64,000 bases of DNA from Elusimicrobiota bacterium (GCA_043811535.1 JBDRNC010000028.1:64001-128000); one strand, 5' to 3'; counted from the stretch's first letter, positions 47,871 through 62,460 are shown. Numbers and translations are program-made. Notes: generated by a model from the sequence alone, not told the origin.

Positions 47871-48518
47871 ATGGCTGAGATTGAAGTTGAAGGCAAAACC
47901 GTAGAAGAAGCTATTAAAGAAGGCCTTGGGAAGCTCGGGTGTTCGCGCGATAAGGCGGAGATAAAGATACTCGATGAGGGGACGGCGGGCCTTTTCGGGC
48001 TCATGGGGACAAAACCTTCGCGCGTGCGCTTGACAACAAGGGAAGCCGGTGAAGCTGATTACATGCTCGCGCAGGAAAAAGCTAAAGAAGTGCTTGCCGA
48101 CATCATGAAACTTATGAAATTCGACGTCAAAGAAATAAAAACAGCGATGGTCACGGGACGGGTTTTCGTTAATGTTAAGAGTGACGACTCAAGCCTCATA
48201 ATAGGCAAAGGCGGCCAGTCGCTTGAAGCCTTTGAGCATATCGTGAACCTTATTCTCCACCAGAACGAGAAAACTCGCGTCAAGATAACGCTTGACACCG
48301 AGAACTACAGGCAAAAACAGGAAGAACGCCTGCAAAACACCGCTTCCAAGGCCGCGGCCCAGGTTAAAACTACGGGAAAGCCGTTCCACATGGACCCGAT
48401 GTCATCAAAGGACCGCAGACTGCTACACTTGTTCCTTAAAAATGACCCTGATGTGGAGACTTTCTCCGAAGGTGACGGCCAATTCAGGAAAGTTATAATA
48501 AAACCGAAAAAAAAATAA
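47871..48518 (+). CDS. jag: Jag/KhpB RNA-binding protein (Jag-KH-R3H)
   Basis: EGKTVEEAI, LIIGKGGQSL, DRRLLH. Confidence 0.93.
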   Translation: MAEIEVEGKTVEEAIKEGLGKLGCSRDKAEIKILDEGTAGLFGLMGTKPSRVRLTTREAGEADYMLAQEKAKEVLADIMKLMKFDVKEIKTAMVTGRVFVNVKSDDSSLIIGKGGQSLEAFEHIVNLILHQNEKTRVKITLDTENYRQKQEERLQNTASKAAAQVKTTGKPFHMDPMSSKDRRLLHLFLKNDPDVETFSEGDGQFRKVIIKPKKK

Positions 48519-48523
48519 CAATA

Positions 48524-48604
48524 TATGGCTAAATGGCTTGATGGCTAAACGGCTGAAAGGCTTTTAACAATTTAGCCATATAGCAATTTAACCATATAGC
48601 CATT
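48524..48604. repeat. Inverted octamer array; direct-repeat partner of 50010-50074
   Basis: atggctaa atggcttg atggctaa acggctga aaggc ttttaacaat ttagccat atagcaat ttaaccat. Confidence 0.9.
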
Positions 48605-48605
48605 T

Positions 48606-50003
48606 ATGCTTAATTCAGACACTATCGCCGCGATTTCCACGCCTCCGGGTAAAGGCGGTATCGGAATCGTGCGTATCAGCGGTCCTTTTGCCGTCAGAAT
48701 AGCTGAAGAAATTTTCGAGCCCGCGCAAAATAATCTCTCCTTGCGCAAAGCAAAAACCCACACGCTTTATTTCGGCCTTATAAAATCCCGCGGCAGCGTT
48801 ATTGACGAAGCTGTTGTTTCCCTGATGCGCGTCCCGCGTTCCTACACCGGCGAGGATGTCGTTGAGATTTCCGCGCACGGAGGCCCGGTCGTGCTTGACC
48901 GCATACTGAAACTTTGTACCGGCAAGGGCGCGCGCTCCGCAAAGCCGGGTGAATTCACGTTCAGGGCGTTCTTAAACGGAAAAATGGACCTTGCCAGAGC
49001 GGAAGCGGTCGCGGAACTTATCTCAAGTAAGACCGAACTTGCCGCGCGGGCCGCGGTAAATCAACTTGAAGGGGCATTATCCGGAAGAATTGAGAATTGG
49101 CGCAAGCAGTTGACCGGTGTTCTTTCCAGGATTGAAGCAAAACTTGACTACGCGGAAGAAAATATTTCCTTTATCACCCTGAAAGAAGCCCGCCGGGAAA
49201 TCAGCGGTTTAATACGCGCCATGGACAGGCTGATATCAACTTTTAATAAAGGAAAGTTGCTGTCCTGCGGAATGAGAGTCGCGATAACCGGAAAACCGAA
49301 TACCGGCAAATCATCCCTTTTAAACGCTTTGCTTGAACGCGAACGCGCGATTGTGACGGAAGTCCCCGGGACGACGCGTGATGTAACAGAAGACATGCTG
49401 GATATTAACGGCTTGCCTGTAATAATATCGGATACCGCCGGTTTAAGACGCCGGGCCGGTGATATAGTGGAAAAAATCGGGCACAAACGCTCGCTTGACG
49501 CGCTGAAAAAGGCCGATCTTATACTCTGGCTTCTGGATTCCGGACAAAAAATATCCCGGGGCGACAGGTTCATCGGCGGCTTGATAAAAGATATGGACAT
49601 GGGAAGAAATACCTTTGTCATTCTCAATAAATGCGATCTTCCTGCCGGAATTAACTCCGCCATCGCGAAGAAAACCTTCCCTTTTTGCAGGAAATATTTA
49701 AAGCTCTCCGCGCTGAACGGCACGGGTGTGGATATACTGGAAAAAAATATCTTTTCCTTTGCCCGCATAGGCTCCTCATCAACTGATGAAACCGTCCTCA
49801 CCAGCCAGCGCCATCTCGAAGCGTTGACAAACGCCCAAAAGGCCCTGCTGGAGGCCTCGGCAGCCCTGGAAAAAGACCCTGCTGAAGAGATTACCGCGTT
49901 CCATATGAGAGAGGCCCTTTTTCACCTGGGCGAGATAACCGGCGAAACGGCTACTGAAGAGATTTTAGACAATATATTTTCCAAATTCTGCATCGGGAAG
50001 TAA
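48606..50003 (+). CDS. mnmE: tRNA modification GTPase MnmE
   Basis: DTIAAIST, GKPNTGKSS, GTTRD, DTAG, NKCD, FCIGK. Confidence 0.97.
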   Translation: MLNSDTIAAISTPPGKGGIGIVRISGPFAVRIAEEIFEPAQNNLSLRKAKTHTLYFGLIKSRGSVIDEAVVSLMRVPRSYTGEDVVEISAHGGPVVLDRILKLCTGKGARSAKPGEFTFRAFLNGKMDLARAEAVAELISSKTELAARAAVNQLEGALSGRIENWRKQLTGVLSRIEAKLDYAEENISFITLKEARREISGLIRAMDRLISTFNKGKLLSCGMRVAITGKPNTGKSSLLNALLERERAIVTEVPGTTRDVTEDMLDINGLPVIISDTAGLRRRAGDIVEKIGHKRSLDALKKADLILWLLDSGQKISRGDRFIGGLIKDMDMGRNTFVILNKCDLPAGINSAIAKKTFPFCRKYLKLSALNGTGVDILEKNIFSFARIGSSSTDETVLTSQRHLEALTNAQKALLEASAALEKDPAEEITAFHMREALFHLGEITGETATEEILDNIFSKFCIGK

Positions 50004-50074
50004 ATGGTGAAATGGCTTGATGGCCAAATGGCTGAAAGGCTTTTAACAATTTAGCCATATAGCAATTTAACCAT
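50002..50074. repeat. Inverted octamer array
   Basis: 63 of 65 bp identical to 48531-48595 by manual alignment. Confidence 0.9.
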
Positions 50075-50089
50075 GTATTTTTATTTATT

Positions 50090-50860
50090 ATGAGACAGCC
50101 TTTCGGACAGAATTTCCTCATAGACAAGAACATTGCCCGTGGGATAGTTGATTCCGCGGAACTTTCTTCAAGCGATACCGCGCTGGAAATAGGCCCGGGT
50201 AAGGGTATCTTAACGGAACTTATCGCCGCCCTGGCGGCGAAAGTTATCGCCGTCGAACTCGACCGCAATCTCGCCGCCGCCCTACAAAAGAAATTCGCCT
50301 CTAGAGGCAACGTCGAGATAATTAACCAGGATTTTTTATCCTTATCTCTTACCCCTTATCCCTTACCCCTGACAATAATATCCAACCTCCCTTACAACGC
50401 CGCAACTCCCATAATAGAAATGTTCCTGCCGCACAAAAACTGGAGAACAGCTATTGTAATGGTTCAAAAAGAAGTCGGAGAAAGAATAACTGCCGCGCCG
50501 GGTAACAGGGATTACGGGGTCTTGTCCATTATATGCCAATATTATGCTGTGGCGGAATTTCTATTTACCGTAGGCCCGAAAGCCTTTAAGCCCAGTCCAA
50601 GGGTAGACTCCGCGGTATTAAGGTTTACAAACAAGCTTCCGGAAATACCCCCGGAAGGCTTCTTAAAGCTCATAAAAGCGGCTTTTCAGCAAAGAAGGAA
50701 GACTATACTCAATTCGCTTTCCGCTGTGCTCAAAATAGAAAAATCAGCGCTTGCCGGAATTCTTAATTCCTGCCGAATCGACCCATCCCTCAGACCTGAA
50801 AGACTTACACAAAAAGATTATTTATGCTTGACTAATCTGCTAAAAAAGTATATAATCTAG
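50090..50860 (+). CDS. rsmA: 16S rRNA dimethyltransferase RsmA/KsgA
   Basis: FGQNFL, LEIGPGKG, SNLPYN, MVQKEV, PRVDSAV. Confidence 0.96.
   Translation: MRQPFGQNFLIDKNIARGIVDSAELSSSDTALEIGPGKGILTELIAALAAKVIAVELDRNLAAALQKKFASRGNVEIINQDFLSLSLTPYPLPLTIISNLPYNAATPIIEMFLPHKNWRTAIVMVQKEVGERITAAPGNRDYGVLSIICQYYAVAEFLFTVGPKAFKPSPRVDSAVLRFTNKLPEIPPEGFLKLIKAAFQQRRKTILNSLSAVLKIEKSALAGILNSCRIDPSLRPERLTQKDYLCLTNLLKKYII
50828..50856 (+). promoter_or_regulatory. dnaA promoter within the rsmA 3' end
   Basis: TTGACT-17-TATAAT. Confidence 0.65.
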
Positions 50861-50937
50861 CTAATCAGGCCTACATAACAAGATAATAGTTAGCAAAAGA
50901 AGTATACTAGTAATGCTTAATGAATAATTAACAACAC

Positions 50938-51014
50938 TTATCCACAGCTGTGGATAAACTTGGGGATAACTATATGGCAAATCACGAAGAACTTTGGAAA
51001 AAGGTTGTGGATAA
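50938..51014. promoter_or_regulatory. DnaA box cluster (oriC part 1 / dnaA autoregulation)
   Basis: TTATCCACA 50938-50946, TGTGGATAA 50949-50957, TGGGGATAA 50961-50969, TGTGGATAA 51006-51014. Confidence 0.85.
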
Positions 51015-52335
51015 CTTACGCAACCTCATGTCGCCGGAGTCGTTTAATCTGTGGATTCAGCCACTTAAACCCATTTCAATAAATAATGATATTTTCCTGC
51101 TCCAGGTGCCAAACAAGTATTTCTCGGACTGGATAACTACCAATCACAAAGAAATTATAGAGAAAATACTTTCCGCCGAATTCAAACAGCAAATACAAAT
51201 ACAGTTCCAGGAAGTACAGGATCTCACTTCTATTTTAAAGAAAGTTGAAGATATACAAGAGCCGATAACCGCGGCGCAGCCGCTGAAAGTCCTGCCCGAA
51301 GAACAGTTCAATTCAAAATATACTTTTGACCATTTTGTCGTCGGAGCGTCAAACAGGTTCGCGCACGCGTCCTGCGAAGCGGTCGCCAAAGATCCCGGCC
51401 GCCAGTTCAACCCTCTGTTCATTTACGGAGGCGTCGGCCTGGGTAAAACCCACCTTCTCCACGCTATAGGGAACCATATCAGAAAGAATAATCCCTCCCT
51501 GCGCGTGCTTTATGTCACCAGCGAAAAATTCATAAATGAATTCATTGATTCCCTGCGTTTTGAAAAACCGGCGTCTTTCCGCAATAAATACAGGAAGCTT
51601 GACTGTCTCCTGATAGATGACATACAGTTCCTTGTAGGCCGCCAGAGCTCGCAGGAAGAGTTCTTCTACACGTTTAACACGCTTTATGATTCGAAGAAAC
51701 AACTAGTCATAACTTCCGACAGGCCTCCAAAGGAGCTGCCCACTCTTGAGCCCAGGCTTATTTCAAGGTTTGAATGGGGTGTTATAGCCGATATTCAGCC
51801 ACCCGACCTGGAAACAAGAATAGCGATACTGCGCAAAAAGGCCGAAGACGAGCAACTTTACGTTCCGGATGACGTCATTCTTTATATTGCGACTCAAATA
51901 AAATCAAACATAAGAGAACTTGAGGGCTCGCTTTTGCGTATCGCGGCTTTTTCCGCTTTTACCGGAACACCTTTAACCGTGGATTCTGTCCAGAAGATAC
52001 TTAAAGACGTTGTCAGACCGCCGGAAGATTCCGCTCCTATTACCATAGAGAATATTCAATCGGTGGTTGCAGGCCACTTCAACCTTGATGTCAAAGACCT
52101 TAAATCAAAGCGGCGGACAGATGCAGTGGCGTTCCCCAGGCAGATCGCAATGTATCTCGCGCGGACGCTTACAGATGAATTTTCCACTACGGAAATCGGT
52201 CTCGCATTCGGCGGGAAGGACCACACAACTGTCATGCACGCATGCAATAAGATAAAAGCAAGGATGTCGACGGACCCGTATTTTGTCGCGAAAATAAACC
52301 AGATTAGCCAGGAAATAAGGCAGAATAAAGATTAG
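50974..52335 (+). CDS. dnaA: Chromosomal replication initiator DnaA
   Basis: NPLFIYGGVGLGKTHL, LLIDDIQF, RQIAMYL, GGKDHTTV. Confidence 0.99.
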   Translation: MANHEELWKKVVDNLRNLMSPESFNLWIQPLKPISINNDIFLLQVPNKYFSDWITTNHKEIIEKILSAEFKQQIQIQFQEVQDLTSILKKVEDIQEPITAAQPLKVLPEEQFNSKYTFDHFVVGASNRFAHASCEAVAKDPGRQFNPLFIYGGVGLGKTHLLHAIGNHIRKNNPSLRVLYVTSEKFINEFIDSLRFEKPASFRNKYRKLDCLLIDDIQFLVGRQSSQEEFFYTFNTLYDSKKQLVITSDRPPKELPTLEPRLISRFEWGVIADIQPPDLETRIAILRKKAEDEQLYVPDDVILYIATQIKSNIRELEGSLLRIAAFSAFTGTPLTVDSVQKILKDVVRPPEDSAPITIENIQSVVAGHFNLDVKDLKSKRRTDAVAFPRQIAMYLARTLTDEFSTTEIGLAFGGKDHTTVMHACNKIKARMSTDPYFVAKINQISQEIRQNKD

Positions 52336-52620
52336 TGATCGGCCATCGGTTATTGGAATAAAGAAGAAATTTTAGGAACTGTTGTTGGCACAAAGTTAAC
52401 GACTAATAACTATTAACCGATACCTGTTTTTCTGTGGAAAACTTCTTTTTTGTTAATACTGTTAATAACTCGGGATGCTTGTCCACTTAAACATAAACAT
52501 TAGGTTTCACGAGATTTATCAGCAACAACAGGCGCTAGACAGTTCAAAAACATTTTATTAAGACTATACAGACGCCTACGGCTACTACGACGTATTCTTA
52601 TCTAATATAGGAGGTCTTAG
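52336..52620. other. dnaA-dnaN intergenic region, probable oriC unwinding region
   Basis: Degenerate DnaA boxes (TGTGGAAAA, TTGTCCACT); GACGCC followed by TAC GGC TAC TAC GAC (DnaA-trio-like) at 52571-52591; degenerate heptamer array at 52337-52422. Confidence 0.7.
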
Positions 52621-53727
52621 ATGAAGCTACTTTGTGAAAAAGAAGAACTTTTGAAAGGCATTCAAATAGTTCAGACCATAGTATCCCCAAAGAGCACTTT
52701 GCCGGTATTGTCAAATTTCCTTCTGGAAGCCGAAAAACAGAAGATTAAATTTTCTTCTACGGATTTGGAAGTTGGTGTCACCTGTTTTGTAAAGGGTGAA
52801 ATAGCGAAAGAAGGGAGCATAACCATTCCCGCGAAGAGATTCGGCGATATTATACGAGAACTTCCGGAAGATAAAGAAATCGAGATAAGGGCGGACGAGA
52901 CAAATCAAATAAGCATAAGATGCGGCAAATCACATTTTATCCTGATGGGACTGCCGAAAACCGATTATCCGGTATTACCGGAGTTCCCCGAAGAAAAAAC
53001 TTTTGAAATCGCAAAAAAAATATTCAAATCAATGGTTAGAAGGACATCTTTCGCTGTTTCAACAGATGAAACAAGGTACGTGCTTAACGGACTTTACCTG
53101 AACTGCGAAAAAGGATCTCTCAAACTCGTGGCGACAGACGGCCGCCGCCTGGCGTATATACTGCGCGAAGGAATCGATAAGAAAATAGAAAACAAAGTGA
53201 TTATTCCGACAAAAGCGGTAAATGAGGTTCAGCGAATACTGTCCGCGGAAGATAAAGACGAAATCATTAAAATAGGCATTACCGAGAACCAGGTAGCTTT
53301 CAAGATAAACACGGTAACAGTAATTTCAAGGCTTATCGAAGGGACGTTTCCGAATTACGAACAGGTAATACCAAAAAAACACGATACCCAGATAAAGCTG
53401 AACACGAAAGAGACGCTTTCCGCGGTGAAACAGATGGCGCTGCTTGTTTCTGATAAGGCCTCGGGCATAAAATTCACTTTCGGAAAGAATATCCTGAGGA
53501 TAACGGCGTCGGCGCAAGGGCTCGGCTCGGGCGAATCGGAAGTGGACATAGAATACCAAGGCCAGGTTTTCGAAATAGCGTTCAACCCGGCATTTCTTAT
53601 CGACGTGCTGAAAAATATAGATGAAAATGAAGTTTACTTTGAAATGACAAATTCGCTGAACCCCGCGTTGATAAGGCCGCTTAACGACAAGAACTATATT
53701 TGCGTTATAATGCCGATGCGGGTGTAA
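52621..53727 (+). CDS. dnaN: DNA polymerase III beta clamp
   Basis: STDLEV, VATDGRRLA, FPNYEQVIP, VIMPMR. Confidence 0.98.
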   Translation: MKLLCEKEELLKGIQIVQTIVSPKSTLPVLSNFLLEAEKQKIKFSSTDLEVGVTCFVKGEIAKEGSITIPAKRFGDIIRELPEDKEIEIRADETNQISIRCGKSHFILMGLPKTDYPVLPEFPEEKTFEIAKKIFKSMVRRTSFAVSTDETRYVLNGLYLNCEKGSLKLVATDGRRLAYILREGIDKKIENKVIIPTKAVNEVQRILSAEDKDEIIKIGITENQVAFKINTVTVISRLIEGTFPNYEQVIPKKHDTQIKLNTKETLSAVKQMALLVSDKASGIKFTFGKNILRITASAQGLGSGESEVDIEYQGQVFEIAFNPAFLIDVLKNIDENEVYFEMTNSLNPALIRPLNDKNYICVIMPMRV

Positions 53728-53732
53728 TAAAT

Positions 53733-54017
53733 ATGACGCTCGTTCCGGCACAGGATATTATCGGAGGATTGAAGAGGCAGTTGGGACTGGACGAAAAGAT
53801 GTTTACGGTCCTCAAGATCTGGGACAGGGAACTCGGGCCTCTTGCTAAACATCTCAAAATCGTAGGAGTCAAGAACGGACAGCTTATAGTGGAAGCGGAA
53901 TCAAACGTCCACCTGCAGGAAGCAACGGTCAGGCGCCGGGAAATAATTAAAAAGATAAACCAGCATTTCGGCGGAGAAAAAGTAGTGAAAGGGATAAAAC
54001 TAAAAATAAAAGAATAG
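53733..54017 (+). CDS. dciA: DUF721/DciA-like helicase loader
   Basis: W..ELGPLAKH..IVGVKNGQLIVEAES...QE...RREIIKKIN; position between dnaN and gyrB. Confidence 0.75.
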   Translation: MTLVPAQDIIGGLKRQLGLDEKMFTVLKIWDRELGPLAKHLKIVGVKNGQLIVEAESNVHLQEATVRRREIIKKINQHFGGEKVVKGIKLKIKE

Positions 54018-54138
54018 TTCCATATAATTACGGTTCCAGCAGTTCCAACGTTCAAAGGTTTCAATTAAAAACATAAAATACTAAAAAGCCTTAATCTTGG
54101 AACAAAGGAATGTCGTTAGAACATTGGAATAGATTTGG
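54017..54138. repeat. Degenerate inverted 8/9-mer array (GTTCCAR / TTGGAAY)
   Basis: gttccagca gttccaac gttcaaag gtttcaat taaaaac ... ttggaac ... ttagaac attggaat. Confidence 0.7.
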
Positions 54139-54148
54139 AGGAAGTTAA

Positions 54149-56590
<2,442 letters not shown>

Positions 56591-56644
56591 TCAACCATCA
56601 TATATTGTTTATGAATATCAATATTTAGAACGGGGTGTTTAGAA

Positions 56645-56756
56645 AACACTAAATACTAAACATCAAACTCTAAATAAACTCAAAAACTCCAAACAACAAT
56701 ATTTTGATTTGTTATTTTATATTTATTTAGAAATTAGTATTTAGATTTTAGTGTTT
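56645..56756. repeat. AT-rich inverted heptamer array (CTAAATA family)
   Basis: ctaaata ctaaaca tcaaact ctaaata ... ttagaaa ttagtat ttagatt ttagtgt. Confidence 0.8.
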
Positions 56757-56838
56757 ATATGAATATTAGTGATAAACAAAACAAGAAAGGCGAATACGGA
56801 TACGGAAAGCATAAATTATATTGAAAGGGTAACGAAAA

Positions 56839-59442
<2,604 letters not shown>

Positions 59443-59460
59443 GAACCTTTCCTGAAACGG

Positions 59461-59877
59461 ATGAAACGGATGAAACCGGGTTTTTCGTTTTTACCCCACA
59501 CCGCCGACATGCGGATGCGGGTGGCGGGCCGGACGCTGAAAGGACTGTTTGAAAATGCGGCGAAAGGCCTTTCGGAATTGCTCACGGGCAAACACGGACC
59601 CGGCCGGGAAAGTATTTTAAAAATTAGGATCAAAGCGGTTGACCCGGAAACACTTCTGGTATCCTGGCTCAATGAACTCAATTATCGCTGCATTGAGAAG
59701 CACGCATCCATAGAAAGAACCGCCATATCGGAAATCACCCCGCACTCCGTTGACGCTGAAATCATGTTAAGGACAGGCGCAAAGATAAACCGCGAAATAA
59801 AGGCATTCACTTACCACAAATTGGCGATAAATAGAACGAAAAACGGATATAAGACGGAAATTGTCTTTGATATATAA
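59461..59877 (+). CDS. Archease
   Basis: HTADM, LLVSWLNEL, IKAFTYH, C-terminal VFDI. Confidence 0.88.
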   Translation: MKRMKPGFSFLPHTADMRMRVAGRTLKGLFENAAKGLSELLTGKHGPGRESILKIRIKAVDPETLLVSWLNELNYRCIEKHASIERTAISEITPHSVDAEIMLRTGAKINREIKAFTYHKLAINRTKNGYKTEIVFDI

Positions 59878-59882
59878 CAACA

Positions 59883-59951
59883 GCGATTAGCAATTAGCTA
59901 TTGGCAATTAGTAGTAAACTAATCGCTAATTGCTAATGGCCAATTGCTAAT
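59883..59951. repeat. Inverted heptamer array (AATTAGC family)
   Basis: gattagc aattagc tattggc aattagt agtaaact aatcgct aattgct aatggcc aattgct. Confidence 0.9.
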
Positions 59952-60944
59952 ATGAAACTAAAAATCGGCTTTACATACGACGCGAAAACGGACTATAAGC
60001 TGAAACCAGGCGATTCTTCCGATAAATACGCTGAGTTTGACAGCGATGCCACGATTGCGGAAATTTCAGGAGCGCTTGCTTCCCCGGGCCACGAAATTGT
60101 CAGGATAGGGCACGCCGGGAATCTTCTGAAGCGGATTAAATCGGGCGAAAAATGGGATATAGTCTTTAATATAGCCGAAGGCGTAAGCGGCAGGAACCGC
60201 GAATCGCAGGTCCCGATGATCCTTGAAATGCACGGAATACCCTACACGGGGTCGGACGCGCTGACAATGGGCCTCGCGCTTGACAAAACGCTGGCAAAGA
60301 CGGTAATCGCGTATAACGGCCTGCCAACGCCGGCTTTTTTCCTGGCGGATAATCCGGGAGACGTTGAAAAGTGCGCGTGCAAGTTCCCGGCCATAGTCAA
60401 GCCGAACGAGGAAGGGACTTCAAAGGGCATAAGCGGCGAGTCCGTGGCGCACGACAAGGCGGCGGCGGCGAAAAGGGCGGAGTTTATCATAAATACTTAC
60501 AAACAGCCCGCTTTGATAGAAGAATTCATATTCGGCCAGGAATTTACGGTAGGCGTCATCGGAAACGATAATCCGGAAGCTCTACCCCCCCTTCAAGTGA
60601 TCATCAAAGGAGAAACCGAGCTTGGCGATCAAATATACACTCAGGCGCGCGTCGTTAACGATGAGCTCGATTACCTGTGTCCGTCTTCTGCTCCTGAGGA
60701 ATTACAGGATAAGCTGAAACAATACGCGGCACGGGCGTTTAAACTCCTTGGTTGCCGTGACCTGGCGAGGATAGATTTTAGGGTTGACCGGGACGGCACG
60801 CCGTATTTTCTTGAATGCAATCCGCTGCCCCACCTGGGGCTGATAGACGCGTTTCCGCTGTACGCCAAAGCGACGGGCAGGACATACGAACAGATAATTG
60901 TCGAGATACTCAATCATGCTCTGAAGAGATACAATATCAAATGA
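59952..60944 (+). CDS. D-Ala-D-Ala ligase-like ATP-grasp enzyme
   Basis: FNIAEG, PYTGSD, VKPNEEGTSKG, ARIDFR, LECNPLP; lacks the canonical Ddl N-terminal GGxSxE motif. Confidence 0.85.
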   Translation: MKLKIGFTYDAKTDYKLKPGDSSDKYAEFDSDATIAEISGALASPGHEIVRIGHAGNLLKRIKSGEKWDIVFNIAEGVSGRNRESQVPMILEMHGIPYTGSDALTMGLALDKTLAKTVIAYNGLPTPAFFLADNPGDVEKCACKFPAIVKPNEEGTSKGISGESVAHDKAAAAKRAEFIINTYKQPALIEEFIFGQEFTVGVIGNDNPEALPPLQVIIKGETELGDQIYTQARVVNDELDYLCPSSAPEELQDKLKQYAARAFKLLGCRDLARIDFRVDRDGTPYFLECNPLPHLGLIDAFPLYAKATGRTYEQIIVEILNHALKRYNIK

Positions 60945-61029
60945 CAAAATAAATTAAAATATCCAAATCTAAAACGTTTTGTGCTTTGAAATTGCAGGTA
61001 TATTTTGTCATTTGTACTTTGTCATTTTA
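60934..61029. repeat. AT-rich inverted array (ATGACAA / TTGTCAT-like)
   Basis: atcaaat gacaaaa ... ctaaaac ... ttgtcat ttgtact ttgtcat. Confidence 0.7.
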
Positions 61030-61034
61030 ATTTT

Positions 61035-62084
61035 ATGTACGATTATTCCGGCGCGATACATATGCATTCCAATTATTCATTTGACGGGAACACTTCCGTT
61101 GAATCGATAATAGAATCGGCTAAACGGGCTGGGCTGGATTTCATAGTAATAACCGACCATTTACGCCTTGACGCCAAGAACGCCGGGTACGAAGGCTGGC
61201 ACGACGGCGTACTTGTCCTTGTAGGGGAAGAGATCACGCCGAAGTACAACCACTACGTCGCGCTGGGCATAGACAAGCCGGTGATTGCGTGGAAGGAAAA
61301 ATCGGTTCCACAGGAATATATTGACAAAGTCGCGGAACAGGGCGGCACCGGGCTCATAGCGCATCCGGACCACACGGGAGCGCCGAAGTTCGGCATCAAG
61401 GGTTATCCGTGGAAAGACTGGTCGGTAAAAGGATACGCCGGACTTGGCATATGGGATCTCATGACCGACTGGCAGGAAAAACTTGTTTCCACGGGCGCCG
61501 CGGCATTTGCATATATTTTCCCGGATTTTGTCCTTTCGGGCCCGAAAAAAGAGACACTCGAACGCTGGGACGCGCTTAACGCCTGCGGGAGAATTGCCGG
61601 ATACGGGGAGATAGACAATCATAATTCGCTGAAAAGATATTTCGGGCTGAATTTCAGGATATTTCCCTTTGATTTCGCTTTTTCAACGATCAGGACGCAC
61701 GTGTTGCTTAACGAACAGCTGAACAGAGACTTTCGCGCCGCGCATAAGCAGATAATCGACGCGATACGGAACTGCAGGCTTTACGTCGCGCAGGAACACG
61801 GGGCTTCCGCAAAAGGTTTCATGTTCAGGATATACAATTCCGAAGAAACGGCGACAACGGGAATGGAATTCCGGCTGACGGACAAGCCGACGATGCTGGA
61901 AACAAGGCTTCCGCTGCCCGGGCTGATAAGGGTGGTCAGGAACGGCGAAACTATTTATGAAGAATATAAAAAGCATGCGAATCTGGAGATAGACAGGCTT
62001 GGTGTTTACAGGATAGAAGCGTTCAGGAAGAAAATGGGATTCTTAAAGCCCTGGATATTTTCAAACCCGATATGGGTTGTATGA
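61035..62084 (+). CDS. PHP-domain metallohydrolase
   Basis: IHMHS..SFDG, ITDH, AHPDH, DNH, WIFSNPIWV. Confidence 0.85.
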   Translation: MYDYSGAIHMHSNYSFDGNTSVESIIESAKRAGLDFIVITDHLRLDAKNAGYEGWHDGVLVLVGEEITPKYNHYVALGIDKPVIAWKEKSVPQEYIDKVAEQGGTGLIAHPDHTGAPKFGIKGYPWKDWSVKGYAGLGIWDLMTDWQEKLVSTGAAAFAYIFPDFVLSGPKKETLERWDALNACGRIAGYGEIDNHNSLKRYFGLNFRIFPFDFAFSTIRTHVLLNEQLNRDFRAAHKQIIDAIRNCRLYVAQEHGASAKGFMFRIYNSEETATTGMEFRLTDKPTMLETRLPLPGLIRVVRNGETIYEEYKKHANLEIDRLGVYRIEAFRKKMGFLKPWIFSNPIWVV

Positions 62085-62124
62085 ACAGAAGACGGAAGAC
62101 AAAGGTCTCTATCAGGGAGTTGTT

Positions 62125-62460
62125 ATGAAAGAAAGTAGGAATTATCCAAGAACACCTTTGGCTGTGCTGCTGGAGATTTGGTCGGGCGACAGGAAGAAAA
62201 ATGTCGGTAAGGGTTTTATCACGAATTTAAGCGAGGGCGGGCTGGCGCTGGAAACCACCGTCCGGCTGAAATTAAAGGAGAATTTCCTGTTGAGATTCAC
62301 GTTGCCGAACGGCTGGACTTTCGATTTATGGGGAAACATACTGCATACCAAGCCGGGCGTGCTGATAAAAACGTACGGAGTGCAATTCAAAAAGGTCCAG
62401 GCGGAAGAAAGAGCCAAGATAAGGCATTTCGTCCTGGCCAGCCTGAACATGAATAAATAA
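62125..62460 (+). CDS. PilZ-domain protein
   Basis: RNYPR (RxxxR) and NLSEGG (D/NxSxxG). Confidence 0.85.
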   Translation: MKESRNYPRTPLAVLLEIWSGDRKKNVGKGFITNLSEGGLALETTVRLKLKENFLLRFTLPNGWTFDLWGNILHTKPGVLIKTYGVQFKKVQAEERAKIRHFVLASLNMNK

